A stretch of DNA of 49,160 nt from Dehalococcoidia bacterium. GTDB lineage: Bacteria > Chloroflexota > Dehalococcoidia > SZUA-161. This document shows positions 1 through 6,840 of this stretch, one piece after another. A program made the position numbers and the translations under genes. The stretch's first letter is position 1. The number at the start of each line of letters is the position of its first letter. Under the pieces are notes generated by a model. The model searched no databases. It saw only the letters and a program-made list of their open reading frames with translations, and had not been told where the DNA came from. The DNA lies in assembly GCA_011174795.1 (NCBI GenBank), contig DUEY01000005.1:4885-54044 (forward strand). The letters are read 5' to 3'.

Positions 1-735
1 GAGCCTGACCGGGAGCCCCTGGCGCCGGCGCTTTCACAGAGCAATTACCAGAGTGGTGCCATGGGTGCCGCAGCGACGATGGGCGCTGTATTTGCTCGTA
101 TGTCGACCGGAAAGGGGCAACTCGTTGATATATCCGAGTCCGAGGTCTGGGCCACCATCCATCTCGGGCATGGGGTGCATCTGGGCATTTTCGAAGGTCG
201 GAAGAGCATCAGGGCGGGGCATCGTACGATAAGTGTCTACCCCTGGTGCATACTGCCCTGCAGGGACGGCTACATGTGCATGATCGCTATTCAGGGCTAC
301 CAGTGGAAGCGGTTCCTCGAGGCTATGGGAAGTCCGGAGTGGATGAAGGACGAAAGGTTCAGGGACAGGATTATGATGGCCTGGCAGTATGCCGACGAGG
401 TCGATTCCCTGGTTGAAACGTGGCTCCTCGATCATACCAAGGAAGAGATATTCGATATTTGCCGGCAGAATCAGATTACCTTTGCACCGGTGAGAGACGT
501 AGCCGAGGTTGCCCACGACCCCCATTTCGAGGAACGGGGCTATTTTGTGGAGATGGACCGTCCTTCAGCAGGTGTGCTGAAGTATCCAGGGGCGCCTTAC
601 AAGCTTTCCGAGACGCCGTGGCGGTTGTACCGCCCTGCGCCGCTTCTGGGTGAGCATAACGAGGAGATTTACTGCAGCCGCCTGGGATATTCCAAGGACG
701 AACTGGAAAAATTGCGGGCAGACGGGGTTATCTAA
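1..735 (+). CDS. Family III CoA-transferase (CaiB/BaiF), 5'-truncated by the window edge; appears to lack the catalytic Asp
   Basis: Frame is open from base 1 (EPDREPLAPALSQSNYQSGAM...). Motifs TGKGQLVDIS and RPAPLLGEHNEEI are typical of CoA_transf_3. Confidence 0.9.
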   Translation, partial: EPDREPLAPALSQSNYQSGAMGAAATMGAVFARMSTGKGQLVDISESEVWATIHLGHGVHLGIFEGRKSIRAGHRTISVYPWCILPCRDGYMCMIAIQGYQWKRFLEAMGSPEWMKDERFRDRIMMAWQYADEVDSLVETWLLDHTKEEIFDICRQNQITFAPVRDVAEVAHDPHFEERGYFVEMDRPSAGVLKYPGAPYKLSETPWRLYRPAPLLGEHNEEIYCSRLGYSKDELEKLRADGVI

Positions 736-766
736 CGCAATAAGCACGTTATTACTATACTAAAAA

Positions 767-825
767 CCGTTCGTGGTGAGCTTGTCGAACCATGAACAGC
801 CCTTCGACAGGCTCAGGGCGAACGG
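767..825. repeat. REP-like imperfect inverted repeat (hairpin)
   Basis: CCGTTCGTGGTGAGCTTGTCGAA-13nt-TTCGACAGGCTCAGGGCGAACGG; the 23-nt arms are complementary apart from 4 positions. It resembles a widespread dispersed palindromic repeat family (from memory). Confidence 0.75.
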
Positions 826-838
826 CAAAGATAGGTAA

Positions 839-858
839 GCTGGCCGACGTCGGCCAGC
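839..858. repeat. Perfect 20-bp palindrome
   Basis: GCTGGCCGACGTCGGCCAGC is its own reverse complement. Confidence 0.8.
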
Positions 859-891
859 CAACACTGAAGCAAAGCAAAGGGAGTAGCAAAC

Positions 892-2100
892 ATGGCGAAC
901 TATCCTCTGGAAGCTTATCGCGTCGTTGATTTCTCATGGGTATGGGCCGGCCCTTTGCTGGGCATGATACTGGCCGATATGGGCGCTGAGGTCATCAAGG
1001 TGGAAACGAATAAGCGGCTGGATAGCGCCAGATTAACGCCGGGGCGCTCCACTGTAGGGCCGGAGACAGACTTCGTTTTCCACAGCATGAACCGGAATAA
1101 GCTGGGCATCACTGTGGATATGTCTCACCCTAGAGGTGCGGAGGTGATAAAGGAGCTTATAAAGATAAGCGATATAGCTGTGGAGAACTTCTCGCCGAAG
1201 GGACTGAAGAATCTCAATCTTGATTATGCGGTGCTGAGCGAGGTCAATCCACGGCTTATCATGATTTCACTGCCGGCTGCTGGCCAGTACGGGTCGCTGT
1301 CGGATATCGTCACCTATGCTCCGTCTCTGGGTGCTCTCTGCGGCTATTCGAGTTTAATCGGTTATCCCGGTGAGCGGGTGCTGGGGGAGCAGACGCCCTA
1401 TCTCGATATTAACTCGGCTATACACGGGGCGTTTGCTGTCATGGCTGCTCTCTATTATCGTGAGAGGATAGGGAAGGGGCAGTATATCGACATGGCGCAG
1501 ATAGAGGTAGGAGCGTCTACTATTGGGGAGGCGTTCATGGAATATTTTATGAACGGCAGGGTGATGGGAACTGCGGGGAACCGCAACCGGGCGATGGCTC
1601 CGAACAACAACTACCCGTGTAAAGGTGAGGATAAGTGGGTATCCATAGCGGTAAAGACCGACGATGAGTGGCGCGGCTTGTGTGATGCTATCGGGAACCC
1701 GCCATGGACAGGGGAGGAGCGGTTCAGCGACAGGGCCAATCGGATGAGCAACCAGGACGAACTTGACAAGCTGGTATCTGCCTGGACGATCGAATTGAAT
1801 TATTACGAGGCGATGGATATTTTACAGAAGGCGGGTGTGGCGGCGGCTCCCTGCCTGGATTTGACGGAGCGGTTCTCCGACCCGCACTTCGAGAGCAGGG
1901 AGACTCATTTCCAGGTTGAACACCCTGCGACGGGTGTGGATATTATCGCGGGGATACCCTTTAAGCTGAGCGAAACGCCGTGTGAAGTGCGAAGACCCGC
2001 ACCGATGCTGGGCGAGCACAACGAGTATGTCCTCGGGAAGCTTCTGGGCAAGAGCAAAGATGAGATTGCGCAGCTTATAGAAGAAAAAGTCATCTATTAA
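892..2100 (+). CDS. Family III CoA-transferase (CaiB/BaiF), Asp-containing subunit
   Basis: RVVDFSWVWAGP, LADMGAEVIKVE, NRNKLGI, PYLDINSA (catalytic Asp position), APMLGEHN; RBS AGGGAG. Confidence 0.93.
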   Translation: MANYPLEAYRVVDFSWVWAGPLLGMILADMGAEVIKVETNKRLDSARLTPGRSTVGPETDFVFHSMNRNKLGITVDMSHPRGAEVIKELIKISDIAVENFSPKGLKNLNLDYAVLSEVNPRLIMISLPAAGQYGSLSDIVTYAPSLGALCGYSSLIGYPGERVLGEQTPYLDINSAIHGAFAVMAALYYRERIGKGQYIDMAQIEVGASTIGEAFMEYFMNGRVMGTAGNRNRAMAPNNNYPCKGEDKWVSIAVKTDDEWRGLCDAIGNPPWTGEERFSDRANRMSNQDELDKLVSAWTIELNYYEAMDILQKAGVAAAPCLDLTERFSDPHFESRETHFQVEHPATGVDIIAGIPFKLSETPCEVRRPAPMLGEHNEYVLGKLLGKSKDEIAQLIEEKVIY

Positions 2101-2125
2101 TTAGTCTTAGTTTATCTCGCAGTTC

Positions 2126-3313
2126 TTAGCCGCGAGGCAGTCCCAAGCCCCTCATGGCGACGACGATGCGGTTAATCTCGGATGTGCCGCCGGCAATGGT
2201 GTCGCCTCGGGTGTAGAGATAGGCCTGTTCTATGGCTCCACCGACCGGCGCCCTGGTTCCGCCTTCCAACTGACCGTAAAGCCCCATGAGCCCCACGCCT
2301 ATATTAGAGGACTCCTGAAGCAACTCGGCGCAGAAGGTCTTGCTCATTGATGCCTGGTAGCTGGGCACGAGCCCTTTATCTTCCATCCAGGCGATATTAT
2401 AAGCCATCAGTCGCCCTATTTCGCTCTTAATGGCTATTTCAGCCAGCTTCTGCCGTACTATCGGGTTTTCTATCAAGGGTTTTCCGTTCCGCTTTGCCTC
2501 TTTGGAGAATTCCAGAATATCGGAAAGCATACGCCGGTTGCGGGCTATGTACTCAATGGCGGCGGTGCGCTCGAAGTCGAGGGCTCTCATCATGCAGCGC
2601 CAGCCGTCATTCTCCTCACCCACCAGGCAGTCCTTCGGGATGCGGACGTCATCGAAGAAGACCTCGGAGTTGCAGTATTCACCGGCGATGTTGACCAGGG
2701 GGTTAACGGTTACCCCCGGTGTTTTCATATCCAAGAGGAATAGACTGATGCCTTTGTGTTTGGGAACTTCGGGGTCGGTCCTGGTCGCCAGCCAGCACCA
2801 GGATGCGCGGTGTGCAGCGCTGCACCAGATCTTCTGACCGTTGACTATATAGTCATCGCCCTTTTTCACCGCCCTGCATTTCAGGGAGGCCATATCGGAG
2901 CCAGCCTCGGGTTCACTGTAGCCGGTACACCAATAGGTTTGCCCTGAGGATATCCCGGGAAGGTGCCTTTTCTTCTGCTCGTCAGTGCCGAATATTATCA
3001 GCGACGGCCCGATCCACATGACGCCGCCCACACCCATATCGCAGCCGGGCACCATGTTGTAGGACATCGTTTCCCTGTAGATAAGGTGCTCCATGCGGGT
3101 GGCATCACGACCGCCATACTCCTTGGGCCAGGACATGGTGAGCAGGCCTCTGGCTGCAAGTTTCTTGGACATACGCTGGGCTGCTTCCCAGCCTTCGTCT
3201 GTGCCGTACTCCTCGTTCACCGCTCCTTTCCAATCGGAGTCCATTTCGGTAGCGATAAAATCGTTCAATTCTTTACGCAGGGCTTCCTCTTTCTCGGTGA
3301 AACCGAATCTCAT
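2126..3313 (-). CDS. Acyl-CoA dehydrogenase (Glu-containing subunit type of heteromeric ACADs)
   Basis: WPKEYGG, YSEPEAGSD, NGQKIW, LDFER, TIAGGTSEI, GLGLPR. Confidence 0.93.
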   Translation of the reverse strand: MRFGFTEKEEALRKELNDFIATEMDSDWKGAVNEEYGTDEGWEAAQRMSKKLAARGLLTMSWPKEYGGRDATRMEHLIYRETMSYNMVPGCDMGVGGVMWIGPSLIIFGTDEQKKRHLPGISSGQTYWCTGYSEPEAGSDMASLKCRAVKKGDDYIVNGQKIWCSAAHRASWCWLATRTDPEVPKHKGISLFLLDMKTPGVTVNPLVNIAGEYCNSEVFFDDVRIPKDCLVGEENDGWRCMMRALDFERTAAIEYIARNRRMLSDILEFSKEAKRNGKPLIENPIVRQKLAEIAIKSEIGRLMAYNIAWMEDKGLVPSYQASMSKTFCAELLQESSNIGVGLMGLYGQLEGGTRAPVGGAIEQAYLYTRGDTIAGGTSEINRIVVAMRGLGLPRG

Positions 3314-3361
3314 GTATGCTGGCTCCTTTCCCGACCGGGGAGTTTAAAAAAGTGCATTGAT

Positions 3362-3390
3362 ATGATAAAATACGCTCGTGGTTTAGTCAA
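3362..3390 (-). promoter_or_regulatory. Sigma70-type promoter for the ACAD at 2126..3313
   Basis: TTGACT-17nt-TATCAT on the minus strand. Confidence 0.55.
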
Positions 3391-3408
3391 ACCTAAAAGG
3401 GGGCTAAG

Positions 3409-3723
3409 ATGCCGCAGAGTATGCTTGATGTACAATTAGGGACAACGGTAAGGAGTGCCGGGCGGGCACCGACGAATGGCACGTATGAGTTCGTTGAGCA
3501 TGTCGAGCCTACCGATTGTACTCCACCTGAGGACCAACGCACTGTTTATCTTTTACGGGGAGAGGTTCTGCCCAAGTCTCCTGTGTGCGATAAGCGGTGC
3601 CTGTGGAAGCTCGTGGATATTAGCTACGAGATAAGACCGGAGAGGGACAGCACTGAGTACGCGCTCAAGGTTGTGAGAGGCGATAACCCCGATGTACCCT
3701 ATCCCGCGGGGCAGAAGAAGTAG
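3409..3723 (+). CDS. Small protein, YjzC-like with a C-terminal extension
   Basis: RAPTNGTYEFV...RGEVLP...C..W pattern recalls YjzC-family proteins; good RBS AAGGGGG. Confidence 0.55.
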   Translation: MPQSMLDVQLGTTVRSAGRAPTNGTYEFVEHVEPTDCTPPEDQRTVYLLRGEVLPKSPVCDKRCLWKLVDISYEIRPERDSTEYALKVVRGDNPDVPYPAGQKK

Positions 3724-3735
3724 GGGTCGTAAAGC

Positions 3736-5088
3736 CTACATGCATTGCAAGATGCCCCTGGCCCAGGGACAATCACCGCACGGCAGGGCGTAATCGTAGC
3801 AGTCTTTTCTGAATACGGGCGCTACTATTGAGTAGCAGCCGTCCGCGTGGGGACAGTCACCGCAGGGCGCAAAATCGAACCTGTCGACATACCTGCGAAA
3901 GCTGCGGTATTCCCTCGAGTTCCATATCTCTTTAAAGTCCTGCTGTAGAACGTTTCCGAAGCTTACACTGGTGATACTCTTCTCCCTGTGATTGACATAA
4001 CATGTATAGGAATGGTAGAGATTATGGCAGGGTCGTACGAATCCGTCCCAGCTAACGAAGGCAATCCTGTCCCGTATAAAGCCGCATTCCCTTCGAGTTC
4101 TCGGTATCAATGGTGGAAGGTCTAAGGCGATACTCAGTTCCTGGGCTTTGGCGCTGGCCTGGTCGAATATCTGGGAAACCTGAGCGATAGAGGTACCGTC
4201 TCTCGACACAAGGCTTTTCAAATTCAGCAGGACGTTCTGCTCCCGGGCGCTCGTTACAATTTTCTCGAGTAGCCTGAACTGCTTCTCCATGTATTCGTTG
4301 AATCCGGGGACGCTTGTCCATACGGGCTTAGTCGAGCGCATTTTATCCTTCAGTGGCGGGATGCCGAAGAGGGCATTAGAGTAGGCTTCTACCTCGATGT
4401 CGTCGAGGGAAAGGTCCCAGCCGAAGGTTTGCGATTCGGCCTTAGCCTCGTTGAAAAGCTCTATAGCAAGGTCGGAGTCGGAGTCGTAGAGAATCTGCTG
4501 GTTCATCTCCTCAGTGTGAGGCAGCAGGTTGGTAACGATAATGAAGCTTATGCCGTGCTGAGCCGCGAGGTCTACCAGTTGGGGCAACTCGGCGACGTTT
4601 CTCTTCATGGCAACGAACTCGAAGCCGAGCCTGGGGGTCTGACTTTCGAGCTTTTTCTTAGCCTCGTTCAGCAACTGGATACCCCGGAGCACCTCATCCA
4701 GGGTAGCCCCTTTCCTGATTGCGTTGAAGGTCTCGGCGGTTGCGCCGTCGATCGAGATGACAACGTCATCGATTCCTGAGGACACAAGCTGTTCCGCAAT
4801 ATGCCTGTTGATAAGCGTGGCGTTGGTGGTGAGGCTTAGAGTACCGTTTGGGGGGAGGTGTGCCTTGCCGAGCCGGATCATCTCGATGAGGTTTTCGTTC
4901 ATTAGCGGCTCGCCGATGCCGATGAGATTGACTGTTTCGATTTCGGGGAAGACCGGCAGCAGGGCCTTGTAGGTCTCGAGGGTCATATCCCCTGTCTCTT
5001 CCTTGACTACCTCTCTAATGCACATGATGCAGTTAAGGTTACATCTCGATGAGACCTCGATATTCAGCTTCTTCGGAATGTCATCCAT
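3736..5088 (-). CDS. Radical SAM/SPASM putative metalloenzyme (tungsten-oxidoreductase-related) maturase
   Basis: CNLNCIMC; GIGEP; C-terminal CGF..VSWDG..PC..LYH..FGN...CGDC...CGDCPWARGILQC, as in TIGR04311/TIGR04317-like families (from memory). Confidence 0.8.
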   Translation of the reverse strand: MDDIPKKLNIEVSSRCNLNCIMCIREVVKEETGDMTLETYKALLPVFPEIETVNLIGIGEPLMNENLIEMIRLGKAHLPPNGTLSLTTNATLINRHIAEQLVSSGIDDVVISIDGATAETFNAIRKGATLDEVLRGIQLLNEAKKKLESQTPRLGFEFVAMKRNVAELPQLVDLAAQHGISFIIVTNLLPHTEEMNQQILYDSDSDLAIELFNEAKAESQTFGWDLSLDDIEVEAYSNALFGIPPLKDKMRSTKPVWTSVPGFNEYMEKQFRLLEKIVTSAREQNVLLNLKSLVSRDGTSIAQVSQIFDQASAKAQELSIALDLPPLIPRTRRECGFIRDRIAFVSWDGFVRPCHNLYHSYTCYVNHREKSITSVSFGNVLQQDFKEIWNSREYRSFRRYVDRFDFAPCGDCPHADGCYSIVAPVFRKDCYDYALPCGDCPWARGILQCM

Positions 5089-5210
5089 TACCGAGTTGCT
5101 CCACTAGTGCCGGTGGCAGAAAAAGACCGGAGTAAAATCCCTCCGGATTTCATTGTATCACCATTCCACCTCAGCCTCAACGAGGCTGGCGCTTGGCAAT
5201 GGTGACGTGA

Positions 5211-5239
5211 GAAGCTCGCTTGCAGCGCAAGCGAGCTTC
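5211..5239. terminator. Perfect 13-bp stem hairpin downstream of the ACAD-fold gene
   Basis: GAAGCTCGCTTGC-AGC-GCAAGCGAGCTTC; there is no strong U-tract. Confidence 0.55.
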
Positions 5240-5274
5240 CTCCTTGCTTGACGCCTGTAGTAGCTTAAGTTCGT

Positions 5275-6519
5275 TTAGAGCCTTCTGCGCACGAGATACG
5301 AAGCAAGGAATTTCCTGTCAACGTTGGGGGTGCGGTACAACTGGAATATCATAGAATCTCGGTACATAAGCTCCAGGGGCCAGCCTTCCTCCCGTTCGAT
5401 ACCGCGTGAGCCGAGGAACTCGATAGCCTTCTGGCATGCCTCGATGGCGGCAGGGAAACAGTGGCGTGCAGCGAGGACGCCCCATTTGCCATGGCTTGCC
5501 TCCATATCGCCGGCATCCCAGAGCTTACAGGCCTTGGTGCAGATAGCACGCCCGGCCTCCGCGGCAACCCACATATCCGCTATGGGGAAGTGGATTCCCT
5601 GGTACTCGATGAGGGGGCGCTCCCAGCGTATGTTGGTCTGGGTGTACTCTACAGCGATTTTTATGGCTGCCTCGGTGACGCCGACAGCCTGGAAAGCCTG
5701 GTTCGCCATATGTTTGTTCATACCGTCAACCAGGGCGTGAATGCCTTTACCTTCGGGAGCTGCAAGGTACTTCTTGTGAACCTTGCAGTCTTTGAATATT
5801 ACCTCATAGCGGGCACAGCCCCACCGCGCGCCCATGAGGTCGCCTTCACGTCCGCGGACGATACCTTCGGCATCGTCATTGACGATGAACAGGGAAAGGC
5901 CGCTGGTGCGCTTGGTAGGGTCGGTTTTCATCAGTGCCATATGCCACTGGAGGCCGAAAGGACCGGGGGTGGTCATTGTCATGAACCATTTGGGACCGTT
6001 AAGGACATAGTAGTCGCCGTCAAGGACAGCGTTGCCGCGCATCCCGCCCATGTCCACGCCGGACTCGGGGTCGGTAGCCATCACGGTGCAAAACCCCCCG
6101 TCCATCGTTCGCTTGAAATACTCACGCTTGGCGTCCTCATCCGGTGTCCATTTCTCAAGGATATGGACCCAGGGCTCGCCGTAGGCGAAGGCGTCATCGA
6201 GCCTGGGGGTGTAGCCTATCTTGGCTATCTCAGCCGAGAGCAGGCTGCAATCGAGAAGGTTCCACCCTGGCCCGCCGTATTCCTTGGGAATAGTCCTGCC
6301 GTAGAAGCCGGCGTTTATGATAGATTTCATCAGACCGTAGTAGACCTCCGACATCTCGGTCATCGCCAGTGAGCCGCCGAGGCGGTCCAATCCCCTGCGG
6401 TTGGGCAGCCACCATTCCTCGATAATATCCCTGGCCTTCTCCAGGTACTCGTACATCGTGGGGGTCCACTCTTCGGGGTGGTCATACGGGTCATAGATAT
6501 TGAGCTTCATCAGGTCCAT
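5275..6519 (-). CDS. Divergent acyl-CoA dehydrogenase-fold protein
   Basis: IPKEYGGPG, TDPESGVD, LNGPKWFMT, EVIFKDC, LELMYRD are present, but the catalytic/FAD motifs are altered; RBS AAGGAGG. Confidence 0.85.
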   Translation of the reverse strand: MDLMKLNIYDPYDHPEEWTPTMYEYLEKARDIIEEWWLPNRRGLDRLGGSLAMTEMSEVYYGLMKSIINAGFYGRTIPKEYGGPGWNLLDCSLLSAEIAKIGYTPRLDDAFAYGEPWVHILEKWTPDEDAKREYFKRTMDGGFCTVMATDPESGVDMGGMRGNAVLDGDYYVLNGPKWFMTMTTPGPFGLQWHMALMKTDPTKRTSGLSLFIVNDDAEGIVRGREGDLMGARWGCARYEVIFKDCKVHKKYLAAPEGKGIHALVDGMNKHMANQAFQAVGVTEAAIKIAVEYTQTNIRWERPLIEYQGIHFPIADMWVAAEAGRAICTKACKLWDAGDMEASHGKWGVLAARHCFPAAIEACQKAIEFLGSRGIEREEGWPLELMYRDSMIFQLYRTPNVDRKFLASYLVRRRL

Positions 6520-6585
6520 TTCGTATCGCCTCCTTAAGGTGTCTTGACCGTTGCCGACTCGGTATGCAGGTAAGACAACAGAACT

Positions 6586-6615
6586 AGTTTACTTGTTTTG
6601 CCTTGTTTGTGTCAA
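6586..6615 (-). promoter_or_regulatory. Sigma70-type promoter for the divergent ACAD-fold gene
   Basis: TTGACA-18nt-TAAACT on the minus strand. Confidence 0.45.
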
Positions 6616-6683
6616 GGCAGGGCAATTGACATAATAATAACATTTTTTATCGATGATGTTGCTGCATTGCAAGAGTGCGAGAA

Positions 6684-6712
6684 TTGACTTGCAAGGTATT
6701 AGTTGGTACAAT
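6684..6712 (+). promoter_or_regulatory. Sigma70-type promoter (extended -10) for the glycyl radical enzyme
   Basis: TTGACT-17nt-TACAAT, preceded by TGn. Confidence 0.65.
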
Positions 6713-6840
6713 TTTAGTTTGGGGTTAGTGCGCCCCGATTCCATTATGTCATGGTGAGACTAAAGTCACATACAGGCCATCGGTAATAGCTTAGAATGAA
6801 TCACAACCGAAGATGCTTGGACAGTGAAAGGAGGCCCTAG

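Noticed and set aside
755-937. 60-aa minus-strand ORF ending VRPEPVEGLFMVRQAHHER
   Set aside because: It is a translation of the REP-like repeat and overlaps the real CoA-transferase start; spurious.
3736-5088. Calling the radical SAM gene the GRE activating enzyme
   Set aside because: It lacks the activase signature and has a SPASM tail of a different family.
5461-6372. 303-aa plus-strand ORF
   Set aside because: Antisense shadow of the ACAD-fold gene, with no recognisable motifs.
6796-6840. 14-codon uORF (MNHNRRCLDSERRP) ending in TAG immediately before and in frame with the GRE ATG; possible amber read-through
   Set aside because: The uORF has no RBS, the GRE has its own strong RBS, and no pyl genes are seen; likely chance.
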